Source: Octopus vulgaris (taxonomy: Eukaryota). From it: a stretch of DNA of 64,000 bases. Shown piece by piece: positions 1 to 13,592 of the stretch. The stretch spans positions 119,846,001 through 119,910,000 of the forward strand of contig OX597819.1 in assembly GCA_951406725.2 (NCBI GenBank). Reading direction: 5' to 3'. Made by a program: the position numbers and the translations under genes. Below the pieces are notes generated by a model. The model saw only the letters and a program-made list of their open reading frames with translations, made no database searches and was not told where the DNA came from. Positions within the stretch are counted from its first letter, which is position 1. Each line of letters opens with the position of its first letter.

Positions 1-749
1 ACAGAGGAGAAGGGGGGCAAGAGAGAAGATGAGGGAAAGAAACAAAGGGGGTGATGAGAAGGGGGGAAAAAACGAAAGAGAGTAGGATGTGGATGAAAGA
101 TAGATAGGTGACAGCAAAGAAGGAGGGGAGAAATGGAAACTAAAAACAAATTTTGTGACATTTCGTACTGTCACAAGTAGCAAAGAAAATTAGGAATAAA
201 GGATTTTAATTATAATTAATTGCATCAAAATATCTTTTAATCAACCTAACGACTTCTTTCTTTTTCAACATATTAACACGCGCACGCACACAAATAAATT
301 ATAATATAGTAGCATATACACAAATAACGTTTTCTTTCCAAAAATACACTAGAATGCAAAAGCGCACAAATCTGAATTTAATGATGAGTCTAGCAATGGT
401 ATATCAACACACTGGGATCCAGTTCCTTCTTTCAAGTTCTGACCCTGAAGAAATGTCCCTTTAACTATAATTCAATATGAATCTTTAAATTAATTTTTTT
501 CTAATTTGAATTTATTAATTGGACAGGGAAACAACTGATGGATTGGGTTTGATATTGTTTGAAACTGGATTTTTTTCAATAAATTGATATCTATATGTCA
601 ATTTCTTCATTTTCTTCTTTTTCTTATATGAATATATGTGTGTGTATGCATATATTATATAAATATATATCTAATGTATATATGTGTGTGTATGTATGTA
701 TATATACGTGTGTGTATGTATGTATGTATGTATGTATTTATGTATGTAT

Positions 750-1825
750 GTGTACAGCATTGTATGTTTTGCTTTATGTATGTACTCCCGTACTTATCCT
801 TCCATATCTAAACATACTCATATATATTTTAAATGATAAACTTCTGGAAAGTTTTACAGATTTTTACAGTTCCATTGATGGATTGGACCTGTTGTATTCA
901 AATTAGCTTTCTAGTTTCTGGTTTCGAGAAGCCTAATTTCTCAAGATTAGTATTTAGGTTGAGTGTTACATAGATCAGAACCCAATAATTACAGATATAA
1001 ATCTGAACTTGTAATCTGGATAGAGTAACTACAGATTTCTCAATAGTTCAGCACAGATGTTCTCTCTTTTCCCTAACCTTCGGCTTTATGTTAACATCCG
1101 CTGGGCACCTAACTCTCACAGCTGCACACGATTCCTTTTCTATCCCAAACCATCATTGTACAAGGTCTGTTTTGCTTACATTCTATTGAGTTCTTTATTG
1201 ACACAAACCACCAGTACACCTTTCTGTTACGATTGGCTATGTCTTCTACCGCACTGCGGGTTCTTATTTCTTTGTCATCGGGGGTTATCTTTCCGGCGGA
1301 TTTCATTATAGAGTGTCCTAGCCACAAGATCGTGTCTCATCGGCAGATTATACTGTGATGACATTTTCGTACAACTGCTTATGTTGTGGGTGATATCTTC
1401 GGTGTTAACTCCACAAAGTCCGCATAGGTTGTCACATTTTACTGCTTTTCCTGCATCTCTATCCATTTTGTGCATCAGGTACTTGGTTGATATTTCCTGT
1501 TCCTGGATTGCACACTGATACCCTTCAAAGTGAAAGGTAGTAACCCGGCTATTGGTACATGATATAATTTGATGATCAATGCTGCTATCATATCCATGAA
1601 TAGTCTTCTGTTCATATAGTCTCATCCTTTTATCTGATGACACCTTGCGGTAGAATCATGCGACTTTCTTTGGGCATGTATTCTAGGGCATCAGACAAGG
1701 TATATTGCTCAAGGAGCTGCCTTCCAAGTCTTATGATGTATTCAGCCTCATGTATGCAAACTTGGTCAGGTGTGCAGTTCGGCACTTTGTGGCTAAAATA
1801 TGTTGCCGAAGGGATATGATACGAC

Positions 1826-1826
<1 letters not shown>
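750..1826 (-). mobile_element. R4/Dong-clade non-LTR retrotransposon, decayed 3' fragment (CCHC knuckle, restriction-like endonuclease region, 3'UTR)
   Basis: Minus-strand frames give EGYQCAIQEQEI..CGLC..TEDITHNISSC..RHDLVA (CCHC) and YWWFVSIK..NRPCTMMVWDRK (decayed RPD motif), ending ..GTVKICKTFQKFII*. Frameshifts and stops present; flanked by (TATG)n on both sides. Confidence 0.85.
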
Positions 1827-1856
<30 letters not shown>

Positions 1857-1886
1857 TGTATGTATGTATGTATGTATGTATGTATG

Positions 1887-2154
1887 TCATTATTCAGTTT
1901 TATTTCAATATTTCTTACCAATAGAGAAAGAGCCTTTTTCTAACCTAAATCCAAGACTCCTTCATTGGAATTTCAACAACATCAACAGAGGATTTTTGTA
2001 TGTAGGTATGTGAATGTGCAGATTTGTACGTTTTGCTTTATGTGTGTATTCTCATGCATATATTTGCATATCTATACATGCGCATACATATTCAAATGGT
2101 AAACGTCTGGCTAGTTTTACAAATGCTCACAGTTGCCATGAGGGATTCGATCAA
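1887..2154 (-). mobile_element. Second, very short 3'-end copy of the same R4/Dong-like family
   Basis: Minus strand SLMATVSICKTSQTFTI* matches the C-terminus of copy 1. The 3'UTR is shared, and AATAAA is followed by (CATA)n. Confidence 0.75.
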
Positions 2155-3659
2155 TGTATGTATGTATCTATATATAAATAAAGAGCGTTATAGTTTGTCT
2201 GAAGCATTGTGACACAAAGCAGAATAACGAACAAAAAGAACGACAGTAGAACTTCTAACAATGCAAAGAGAAAGTTGAATAACCTTTAAATATTTCAGGC
2301 ACAAAGCTTCATCAAAAGAAGAATACAGTTAAGAAATGTGAGTTTATGTAGATTTGCCATTTTGATAGCCGAACGGTCAATGACACACGCTTTGTATGGC
2401 GACTGTGATAGCAGTTGCAGTTGGTTTATAATGGTGTTGCTTGTGACCATAGACGTCAGAGTGAATGGGATGGTGGATAGCTAGCTGAATGTAGGCAGCA
2501 GCGGCGCCGAATGTGACTCTACGTTGGTGTTGTCGGTGGTGTTGTTGTCGGTGATGAGGCAGGCAACAGCCACAACCATCATCGTAGTAGTAATAATGAT
2601 ACTAGTCGTGGATGCGGCAAACATAGGAAATATTGGGAGTTTATGGGAGACATTGCCTCAAGCCCAATTGATTATTGATCTGTTTTGGATCGCCAACGAT
2701 ACCTTGATAAGAAAATTTCTTATATTCCTCTCTCTGACCAGCTTGTGTATGTGGAAGGAAGACGCGTTTCGAGTCAAGTATTCCTTCAGTTGGATCGTAT
2801 TCCCGATGAAGTTGTCACTTCATTTGGCACGCCGTATCTGCTAAACCACGTATGTCCGCAGACACTTGCTCGTGTCACGGATGTGACAGTTCATTAGTGT
2901 ACAGGGTTGCTGTTCTGCGCAAGATCTTTTCGGTGACCGTGGATAAATACAGTGTTCTAGCCTGCCTGCAGGATCCAGCCTTTAAGGTCTACAGACTATT
3001 TCTTACTGATACTGACCAGAGCACAGTACCTACCATACATGCACCTACTTCACGTGCATGTAGATGACATCCCTATGCTCATTTCATTCCATAAGGAATA
3101 CACCATAACACTGGAGATTTATAATAATATCTACTAACATATTAAGCTCTAAACCAAACCCCCTGGTCACGAAGGATCACAGTCCACACCCGACATCCGA
3201 TTAAGCATTACAGACCGTGTGGGTGGTAATTAATATGAAGTCCCACCCACCAGCGCTAAGCCCGGCTTCACACGGAACGTAGTCCAAAACAGATGTTGCG
3301 ACAGCGCCAGCCGCAATACACGAGTGGCCCAGTTGCTGAAGATTCTGGAATCAACAGGTACCCAGCGTGTTACCAACACTGCACGAATAGAAGTGAAACA
3401 AACGTGGCAAGAAGAATCTCTCTAGAACATACTTCCTGGGGATTTCTCACATTAGTGAGAGGACCACCACTGCCCTCCATAGAGTTGTTTACAAGGAGGA
3501 TTTCTACGTTTTACTGGCCCACTCGCGACCATCTCTAAGTAGAGGCCTCTCAACGAAGAGATTACACGCGAAATAGTAGTGAACTCTCTTCCGTGATAAG
3601 AGCAAGTGTCTGCCGCCATACATAGTTTAGCAAGTACGTTTTAAAAATGCATTGACTAC

Positions 3660-3803
3660 TACTCTTTTACTTGTTTCCCTCATCTGACTGCGGCCATGCT
3701 GGAGCACTGCCTTTAGTCGAACAAATCTGTCTCTTTTGCCGAACCGCTAGATTACGGGTACGTAAACACACCACCATCTGTTGTCAAGCGATATTATGGG
3801 ACA

Positions 3804-3888
<85 letters not shown>

Positions 3889-4085
3889 GACGGACTTCTT
3901 TTCAGTTTCCGTCTACCAAATCCATTATATCAGGTCTGTTTGCTTACATTTTATTGAGTCCTTTATTGACACAACCCCCCGAGGCTATAGTAGAAGACAC
4001 TTGCCCAAGGTGCCCTGCAGTGGGACTGAACCCGGAACCGTGTGGTTGGTAATCAATCTACTTACCACACAGCCACTGCCGCGCC
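3660..4085 (-). mobile_element. tRNA-derived SINE family A (internal TA/TG microsatellite, GTAAAAGA tail) carrying a 53-bp LINE patch
   Basis: Matches the full-length copy at 55029-55445; possible TSD ctacta. Confidence 0.9.
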
Positions 4086-4436
4086 TACTACATAGATAGT
4101 ACGATCTCACAGCAAACGCACCTTCCTCCCGCAGGTGCATACTCGAATGTGGTAACACCACCAACAAAGCAGCCTTTTCCATATAGATTACATCTTGAAA
4201 TATAGTAAGCTCAATAATCGAACGTATTTGAGCTGGTGCCTAGTATAAATTACAAATCTTCCCCTTCTTCGCCGCTGCCACGTCAGACATCTTCGTCATC
4301 ACTCCTACTATGATTATTGTTGTTGCCTGCCACCAACTAATCACCGACATTGGCCACGATCGCCATCACCGATAATTAACACATAATATACCGCGATCAC
4401 CAATAACACCAATGTAGGCTGTTATCTTTATCGCCG

Positions 4437-4792
4437 ATGATGCTTTTGTTTGTTTGTTTGGGAGAAATCCGAAGCGTGGTCCTTTGCTATTCGTAAGACC
4501 CGCAGAAGAGAAAGCAGGTCAACCCCTGACACCGAGAGCATCGACGGATGGATGAATTCGCATCCAGGCTCAGCGGTTGCGTAGGATGTCGGGGACAAGA
4601 AACAGGAAGAAAGAGTGAGAGAAAGTTGTGGCGAAAGAGTACAGCAGGGGTCGCCACCACCACCCCCTGCTGGAGCCTCGTGGAGCTTTAGGTGTTTTCG
4701 CTCAATAAACACACACAACGCCCGGTCTGGGAATCGAAACCGTGATCCTCCGACCGCGAGTTCGCTGCCCTAACCACTGGGCCATTGCGCCT
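4437..4792 (-). mobile_element. tRNA-derived SINE family B, tail type Y
   Basis: Head GGCGCAATGGCCCAGTGGTTAGGG..GGTTTCGATTCC (A and B boxes); body shared with 21368 and 50494; TSD tcgccg. Confidence 0.9.
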
Positions 4793-5884
4793 TTTCGCCG
4801 CTGCTGCCGAAATGCAACTCACCATACACCACCACCCTCGCTATGTTCTCTACCGACGCCAACAACGCCAGTTTAGGTGACAGCTGCTCCTAGCATAGTC
4901 AGTGGACAAAGCAGAGGAATCTAATGGCAAGATCTACATAAAGTCACATTTCTTAACAGCATTCTTCTTTTGTTGAGGCCGTGCCGTGTAAAGGTTATTC
5001 AACTTTCCTCTTTGCATTATTAGAAGCTGTCACGATCCTCATTTAATTATTACATTTATTACTCGTTTTCCATGGCTTATACTAAGGCTACTGAATCTCA
5101 CCTTGGAGTTGTATAGTGCTCCCTGTAATATCAATCGAAGCCTTACGAATCCCCCTTTATTTCAGCACAATATGCTAGCTAGGATCTTGCATGCTGTGTG
5201 AATGAAGCGATAGCCAGGATTATAATTATCCCCTCAATCCATAGATACATACATACATATGTACACGCATACATACACACACATTTATACATACACTTAC
5301 ACACACATATATATTGACTTTTGTGTGAGTGTGTATGTATGTATGTTAGTTGTATATATGTATACAACTCACACTGTATATATATTTATAAATTTTATGT
5401 TTGTATGAGCACTTGTGTATGCTTATTCAGGTATGTGTGTGTATATATTTGTACGAATATGGGCGATTATGCGTGTGCGTTTGTGCGTGCGTGCATGCGT
5501 ATGTTTCTATAACAAGAATAAATTATGGCCTGATCTAGGTCTCACACATTCAGTAATAACATAAGAACAATACCACTCACAACCTTTAATTGTCACTTAA
5601 TTGTCATGGCTCGTAGGAAAACCTACCAATGATATAATCCTACACGCAGAAAATAATACTCTTTTCAGCTGAAATAACGTAGATTGTAAAGTCAAAGTTT
5701 TGTCAATTCAAATTCATTTATAATGTTGTATTGTCTCATCGTTAAATACACCCAGAATGAAATCTGATTATCAAGTTACTTACGTGCCATGTGCATTATC
5801 GACACCATACTCGCAGCACCAGAAAGTGATCACACCAAACTTCCCATTTCATAATTTCACAGATTTGTGTGAATATATATAGAA

Positions 5885-5936
<52 letters not shown>

Positions 5937-6057
5937 ATGTATGTATATATATGTATACATATATGTATGCATATATATATATATGTATATAAATATAAAT
6001 ATATGTTTGTATATATATATATGTAGGTATATATCTATCTATATATCTATCTATCTA

Positions 6058-6103
<46 letters not shown>

Positions 6104-6587
6104 CTGGCAGTTGTCATAGAAACTTTTCAAGATACGGCTGTGTTTTAAGAATCGAATATTTTCAGGTTTAATTTCAATGCGTGGCACTCTAGGAAACTGT
6201 TGCATACTTTAGTTCAACCCGACTAATGCCTCTACGTGCGAACTTGATAGACGTAGACCGTGTGGAAGCCGCCGTATGTGTGAGTGCGATTGTGCACCGT
6301 ATGTGTGAGTGTGCTTGTATCTGTATCTGTACACCCACTGCTCGGGAGCCTGTCTCGTTCTGTTTGTGCTTCTGCGACATAGCGGTTTGGCAATGTAAAC
6401 AGAGGGGATAAGTATCATACTTTAAAAAGTGAATATTGTGGTCAATTAATTCCACCGAGACAGCACAAGTCACCGCCCCAGCATCTCTGTAATCTGTAAT
6501 TGGATGAAAAAATAGGTAATGGTACAAGATGAAAGTAAAAAGCTTTTTGCGGATATATTATATTCATTTATTATTTTATACACTATA

Positions 6588-6772
6588 GGTGCAGGCGTGG
6601 TTGTGTGATAAGAAGCTTACTTCCCAACCACACGGCTCGGGGTTCAGTCCCACTGCGTTGTACATTGGGCTAGTGTCTTCTACTTTAGTTTCGGGCTGAC
6701 CAAAGCCTTGTGAGTGGATGTGATGAATGGAAACTGGAAGAAAGCCGTCGTATATATGATATAATATATATA

Positions 6773-6824
<52 letters not shown>

Positions 6825-6995
6825 TTATGGCCCCCGTAACTTAGCGGTTCGGCAAAAGAAAACGATAGAATGAGTTCTATCGTTCTCATTCTGTAAAAAG
6901 AATAAATGCTGAGGTCGATTTCTTCGACTAACACCCTTTAAGGTGTTGCTCCAGCAGGGTTGCAGTCAAGTGATTGAAACAAGTGAAAAGAAAAA
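6588..6995 (+). mobile_element. SINE family A
   Basis: GGTGCAGGCGTGGTTGTGTG head, internal TA/TG tract, ...TGAAACAAGTGAAAAG tail. Confidence 0.9.
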
Positions 6996-8045
6996 AAAAA
7001 GAAAAAAACAAGAATATTATGTAGTCACATGTGTGTAAATCGTAATTTCTGACACGTTGTTATTATTATGATACGACGAGACCTAGATCGGTATTTATAT
7101 AAGCAAGTTACAGAGAATAGATTATTATTAATTTCAGGTGTTGCATTAACAAGACTAATAATTTTCCACACAGAATCAGCTCGGAATAAATAACTTTTCA
7201 ATCTATCCTACAGCATTAGACAGATTTTCTTCCTTTCAGTGTAATATCCAACAGTATGGTAGCATCATCCGTTATATATGCCTGTGTATCTGTTTTAGTG
7301 TTTGTGTATGTGTGCTTCTGTGTGTATGTGTGCTTCTGTGTGTATGTGTGTGTATCCAAACGCTCACATAAAGATAAATATATGTACACACACACAATCA
7401 CACACTCATACACACACATTCATACGCATTTATCTACCTCCCTATCTACCTATCTACCTGTACAGACAATTGTATATGCAATATGCGTTATGCAGAACTT
7501 TTCAACTTTTCTCTAACTAGATTGCATTTCTTTCAAACGGTACAATTGTTGTACGCTATTTGTTTTTGCCAGACATTATATAACACCTATTACCAATCAA
7601 AAGAACACTAATAATATTTTCATAGAATTATTCAACATCAAATAGAGCAAGTGTTTAACCGCTGAACAAACGTGAGATGACGACCATTATCTTAATATAT
7701 GCAGAGAGACACAAACGTTGAGTAATTCATAACGCAATCAGTCACATTGGCCAGCCATGTACGAAACTGCCATACTTCATCACGATGCTTTTACATTTAT
7801 TTGTTAGTTTCAGTATATCAGGAATCATGAAACAGTGATAGATAAGTTAATATTGGTTGACCGCTGAATCATGCAGCCTAGATATAACCAAGCAACTGAA
7901 ATATTAACTATAGAAGTTCAAGTTGAATACAATGTAAGAATTAACATAGCTATAAAGCAGTCTATTCAGAAAACCAATGCTATTTGCTGAAATGAGACTG
8001 GAAAATGTTTAAACTTAATTAATTTAATATCATTAGCAGCATCAG

Positions 8046-8480
8046 TCACACGCGTCCTCTCTGTTGCGTTCCCAAAGTCCATCCCCTCCTCACCGTGGTG
8101 GGGACGCTGGCAACGGGTAGTGTCAGAACTATGCCATCGGGAACTTCGGTTCCTGGTAGGACCACCGAAGGCGGATTGGTCTCACACCGAGTGGTATTAG
8201 GGCCACAACCCGGCAGACGGGGCTCTGGTGAAAATCCTCGGAGGGTCTGCTTCGGCAACCGGCGGCTCCTCGGTCGTTCTGTCCCTGCGTCTGCGGACAA
8301 TCTGCGGCAAACAGGATGTCTCTACATGCGGGATTGTTGGGGACCGCTTGTGAAATTCATATTTCCACGAAACTTCTTCCATGAGTAGAAGAAGCCGACC
8401 CAACCCGCCCAGGATGCATGTCGCCACAAGTACAAGTAAGTCCTCTCTGTTATAGGAACTGAGAATGTATAACTGCAATG
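8046..8480 (+). mobile_element. Isolated 5' end (GC-rich structured UTR plus ORF start) of an RTE-clade LINE
   Basis: GTGGTGGGG..GAACTATGCCATCGGGAAC..CCTGGTAGGACCACCGAAGGC resembles the Expander/BovB-type 5'UTR motif. It ends in VIGTENV*, similar to the IGTWNV start of the APE endonuclease. Confidence 0.65.
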
Positions 8481-9489
8481 AAAATAACTGCCGTGCGAAC
8501 GATGAAGGTGTGAATGCCAGAACATGGCTGGTCTTACTAAGATGAAAATAGTAATGAGTGAAGAATTAATAAGAAATTTTGAAAAGTATTTAACGGGAAA
8601 CATACATCAAATTAATCGTGATTTCATTAAGAGGTTTAATTAAGTTTTATGTTAATGTTGCATATTCGGGCATAACGAATTTTTCGTGATTAAAATTGAT
8701 ATAAAATATATTATACATGCAAAACCAGGCAGGTCACCCAGGCGAACTGTTGGAAACAGCTACTAAATCCTTTACAAATAATATATTATTGTTTCCATTA
8801 ATCAATGATATGCTTATTGGATGATGTTAACCTTGATACCTTTTACTTTAAACTAAAAAACTTGTAAGCCGGGTTATATGTTGATTCTATTCAGAGGAAA
8901 TCGAAATTTTACAAATATTGATGGGAACTTGAGAGCCTTTGTTCGTTCCTTATGAGACCGTACCCTGCTTACAGTGATAATTTCATTATCGATTGAGCAA
9001 TATATTATTCGAGGATTTTAATGTAATTGCAAGCAACAAAATTAATCCAAATGGACCTAGTCATGAGTATATTATATTAATGCCTATAGTTTATTTCTGT
9101 CTCTCTTCCCTACATCTTCCTTTATTTCCCTCTAACAGTATCGATATATGTATCTATACATATAACCTCAGGCAGAGGGGCATAAACGTGTGTGAAAGAA
9201 GAAATATGTTTTGAAATACGTAAAAAAAGAATTTCATTCAAAGACATCAACAACAACCAGTTTTTTAAAAGCAGTAATTGTTATATATTTCGATGGGATG
9301 AGTCTCAGGATGTGAATGCAATATTTTACTGGAATACCAAAGTATAATTAGTCATTAAATACTACGCCAGACATAAGTTGTATTTGCAACGAAAGCAAAG
9401 TCGACCATGGTGGAATTTGATCTCAGAACGTAAAGAATTAAATAATTTATTTACGTCTTTGCTTTATATCAAAACATATTTTTTGCTTC

Positions 9490-9775
9490 ACATACGTGAA
9501 CTCGTAGAAAACATGCTTAAATCTTCTGAAAAAATGGAATGCAGAATGTCCTTGAAACGCATTTTTTACATTCTCAGCTTGACGTTTTCTCGGCCAACCT
9601 TGGGACCCTGAGTGACATGCATGGTGAGCGCATCCATCAAAAGATCTCAGTTATAGACAACAGATACCAAATACGATGGCAGATTATTGTTGGTTCCTGC
9701 AGAAGGAGAACTCGTCATTCCACAAGCGACAAAGGCAGAGGAAGCACCAAAATTTCACTTAAAAACAGGAAGTTG
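9490..9775 (+). mobile_element. DNA transposase C-terminal fragment, Chapaev3 (CMC)-like, frameshifted
   Basis: ELVENMLKS..CRMSLK / HFLHSQLDVFSANLGTLSDMHGERIHQKISVIDNRYQ / MADYCWFLQKE. Superfamily assignment is from memory of the motif. Confidence 0.7.
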
Positions 9776-10261
9776 CCTTTCAGTAGTACCAAGAAAATAG
9801 TAACGCACTTTGGCGGATGATTGGGCGCAGAGGTGGTAACTTCCCCGGCGGAATTCCGCTGTCTGTCTTAAGCCAAGATAAAGGAGGGAAGACAACCCCG
9901 TTCACTTATTTAAGTATGCTGAACACAAAAACGTAGCAGAGAAAAGTAGCTTAGACAGCTTTCGTAATAGAATCGGGCATGAAAAAATTAAAAGATAGGA
10001 GTTTTCAGTTACACACAATGGGGACGTGACAGAGATATTTTGGACATCAGATCTGAAATTACCTTCAAAAGTTTGGTCGGAATGGGAGGTTTACGTGCCT
10101 GACTGTATTAACAAAAGTAGAGTCGAAATTTGTTGTCTAGCATAATATAGAGACACTGCTGAGTAATATATAAGTGGTTTTTTCCGACTCGTGGACATTT
10201 AGATAACAGAAGTGACTTTTCCTTCTATACTATTCAGAATTTTTGAATTATATATATATAT

Positions 10262-10392
10262 AGTACTGGTACTTATTTCATCGACCCCGAAAGGATGATA
10301 GGCAAAATCGACCTCAGCGGTATTTGAGCATAGAACTTAGACAGTTGAGATGCCAATGTAACCTGGGATTCGAACGATTCTGTCAGCTCCCC
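10262..10392 (-). mobile_element. SINE family C, degenerate fragment
   Basis: ctggtacttatttcatcgaccccgaaaggatg..gcaaaatcgacctc core. Confidence 0.75.
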
Positions 10393-11762
10393 ATCTGCAG
10401 TAATATTGTTATTAATTGGATGTGGTTAGTCTTTTATCTTCTTTTCTATTCATATTATGAAATATCTAAATTATTTCCCTCTTGCAACTCTGAGTTATCA
10501 AGAACTAGCATCCGATGCTGTTAAATTTTTATTAGATCCGTGTAATTTTGTGAAATGATGGGCAGAATTTCAATTCAATAAACTAACACACACATTTAAA
10601 TTCGTCTTCTACCATTAAAAGAAATTTTCCACGTTAATCTAATAGAGAACAGCTTGTTCATTACTCACAGCCATGGCGTTTCACTAAAATATGTCCCTTT
10701 AGTGCACATGCATGCAGACGCTTAACTTCTCTTCTTTTTTCAGTGTTTTGTTTTGATATATTGCACACAGGTCCTCTTCTGATTTGCATTTCAAAGTGTC
10801 TTTAATATTTCGCGTATTAATATTGAAATTCAAACGTTAAATTTTTGTCACAAGTGAGGAACATCACTGCGTAATTGACTCATACATTTTAAAGATTGTT
10901 TTATTCAATGCAATACACTTCGTTTAATGCCGTCACGTAAAACCTATTTTATCGACCCTGAGATTCAAACGCACACTATCCCATTTTTGTTTGTGTGTGT
11001 ATGTGTGTTTGTGTGCTCGCATGTGTGTATGTGCTGTGTTGTTCAAATATATACAGACTTATAAACACAGGCAGACACAACTACCCATTTAAAAACACAA
11101 TCATCTTTCACCACACAAACACTCTCACAGAAATACATATACGAAGAAATATCTGTTTTCGCCCACATGTCCATACACGAAGTCTTAAGATTACCAATAC
11201 ACCCATCATAACACCATGTACACTTTAACACGTTTGAACATTAACATGAGAACAAAAGCCATTTAATTTTCTCACTTTATCTCATAAATAACCGCCGCCC
11301 ACTTAAGACACCTCTTATATCTTCATAAATGTACACGTTTAATGGCTTCTTGTCTCAGCTCTGAAATCTGCGCTTCTGTGTAATATGGTGAAGAGAAAAT
11401 TTAGTCCGGTTGCAACTGGCATTTTCCTCGCTGGAGACAACATTTAGTAGCCGTTGTTACATTGAGTAAATGATCTGAAACACTTAAATCAATAAATCGA
11501 ATGTTGTTGGATTATTTCCTATACAAATACATGTATTGTAGGCACATACATTAGTGACTACGCTTGTCAGTATAGAACATACACTCTCTGGAATGTTTCT
11601 CTGCAACTTTCCAGAGATGGATCACTTAGATAGACACAAACACAGACAAATACACGCACACTCATCTCTTTATGTATATACAGTAACGTATACAAACACA
11701 CATACGTGCATATACATAAGATATATCATATATCTATAATATATGTATATATATGACATACC

Positions 11763-11796
<34 letters not shown>

Positions 11797-11830
11797 CACA
11801 TATATTATACATATAATGTATATATGTCTC

Positions 11831-11924
11831 ACTGCGTGTGCGTGGCACCTTGGGTAAGTGTCTTCTACTATATCCTCGGGTAGATCAAAGCCTTGTGAGT
11901 AGATTTGGTAGACGGAAGCTACCA

Positions 11925-11997
<73 letters not shown>

Positions 11998-12226
11998 GTG
12001 TGTGTGTGTGTGTGTGTGTGTCTGCGTTTGTTCCCCAACATCGCTTGACGACCGATGCTGGTGTGTTTGTATCCCCGTAACTTAGCGGTTCGGCAAAAGA
12101 GTCCGAGAGAATAAGTACTAGGCTTACAAAGAATAAGTCCTGGAGTCGGTTTTCTCGACTAATGACAGTGCTCCGGCACAGCCACAGTCAAATGACTGAA
12201 ACAAGTAAAAGAGTAAAAGAGTTAAA
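11831..12226 (+). mobile_element. SINE family A, 5'-truncated
   Basis: Body and GTAAAAGA tail match 55029-55445. Confidence 0.9.
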
Positions 12227-13177
12227 GAGATATACAACACACATATACACATGCATGCATGTGTGTATATAAACACAGGTGGATGTCTACATACATATAT
12301 CAGTGTTTATAAGCATTTATATGATATATTTTGTACACACAGACACACGCAGGTGTGTATGTGTGGATTTATACTGTATATAATATAAGCTTCTCCTACT
12401 AAATGTTAAACATCTTTGTGAGTTAATGCTGTATAGAATTTGATCCATTTTTACATTCTCATCTCACGAAATACAAGAAGGATAAAGTAAGCACTTCTTA
12501 GTCTGTCCAAAGACGCAAAAAAAAAAGGATTTCATAGAAATTATAGGAAAATATGTGTAGGATGAGTTTATCAATCAAATTTACACCCAAGGCACCAAAT
12601 TAATATATTGTTATTGATTCTGGTAGTGCAAAGTTGATACTTTTATTATGTAAAATGCTGTAAGTCAGTTTCGACCTTTCAACTAAAACCATATTTAACT
12701 AAATGTAACAAGTACAAAATGAACATTTCTCCTTCCAAAATATCCGTTGTCAGTCTTATAATTGTAGGGGGGATTTGAACACTAGCCTCTAGATATTTGG
12801 TTAGGTACTGTAAGTGATCTAGAACAGTTTCACGTGATTCATCTAAAAATTGACCTATCAGCGTGAAGGTGTAACGGGATATAGTTTTCTCGAATGATCT
12901 AAAATATACTTTCTTGTCCCTTATAAAAGTCTGGTTGGAGCATTAATTTGTTGTTGAGGGTGGCCGACTGATTTGCAACCCTCATCTATTGCCGGCCAAC
13001 GTAGATGGCCTACAGACCACTGACACCACAGTTCTCTTCGAATATTTGCAATGGCTGACATCGATGGCTTATAGAGCAAGCTGCATGATGCCACACAGAT
13101 AGATTTCTATATCATAAGAGCGGTTTTACTCTCCTGTGAATCGGCAATTATTAATATTGTTGATTGTAAATAACCTT

Positions 13178-13465
13178 GAAGGCACATGGCCTGGTGGTTA
13201 GAGCGGCGGAATCACGGTCGTGGGATCGCGAGTTCAAATCTCAGACCGGGTGATGCGGGTGTTTATGAATGATACACGCTGCTCCGGCTGAAGGTAATGG
13301 CGAACTTCTGCTGACTCTTTCGCCATAACTTTCTCCCACACTTTCCTTCTGCATATTGCAGCTTCCTGAGGTGGACCTGCGTCTCGTCTTGGTGGGGAAC
13401 ATATATAGCAATAAAACCAGGAAACCGACCCTTATGAGACAGGCAATCTCGAGAACAACAACAAC
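13178..13465 (+). mobile_element. SINE family B, tail type X, older copy
   Basis: tRNA-like head, ctgactctttcgccataactttctc body, (ACA)n end. Confidence 0.8.
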
Positions 13466-13592
13466 GTTGTAGATAGCCATCATCAAATATCAATGTCCGG
13501 CAATAAACATCAAGTTAAATGTTCGTGTGTTTGCTTCGGTTATTTTTCATGTAGCCAACGAAATATATTATCACTGCTCAGTACGAGGAACA

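Larger units (their letters stand above)
2250..5028. repeat. Old long inverted repeat (arms about 2250-2780 and 4095-5028; right arm interrupted by a SINE)
   Basis: cttctaacaatgcaaagagaaagttgaataaccttta...gttaagaaatgtgagtttatgtagatttgccatt (2252-2361) is the reverse complement of 4923-5027. Weaker similarity continues inward (2547-2680 vs 4205-4348). Confidence 0.8.

Noticed and set aside
4700-4792. tRNA-like sequences at SINE heads
   Set aside because: No complete cloverleaf; they continue into repeated SINE bodies.
6189-6527. 112-aa minus-strand ORF with an acceptor-like ttcatccaattacag at about 6494
   Set aside because: No recognisable protein family or partner exons; cannot be supported without RNA data.
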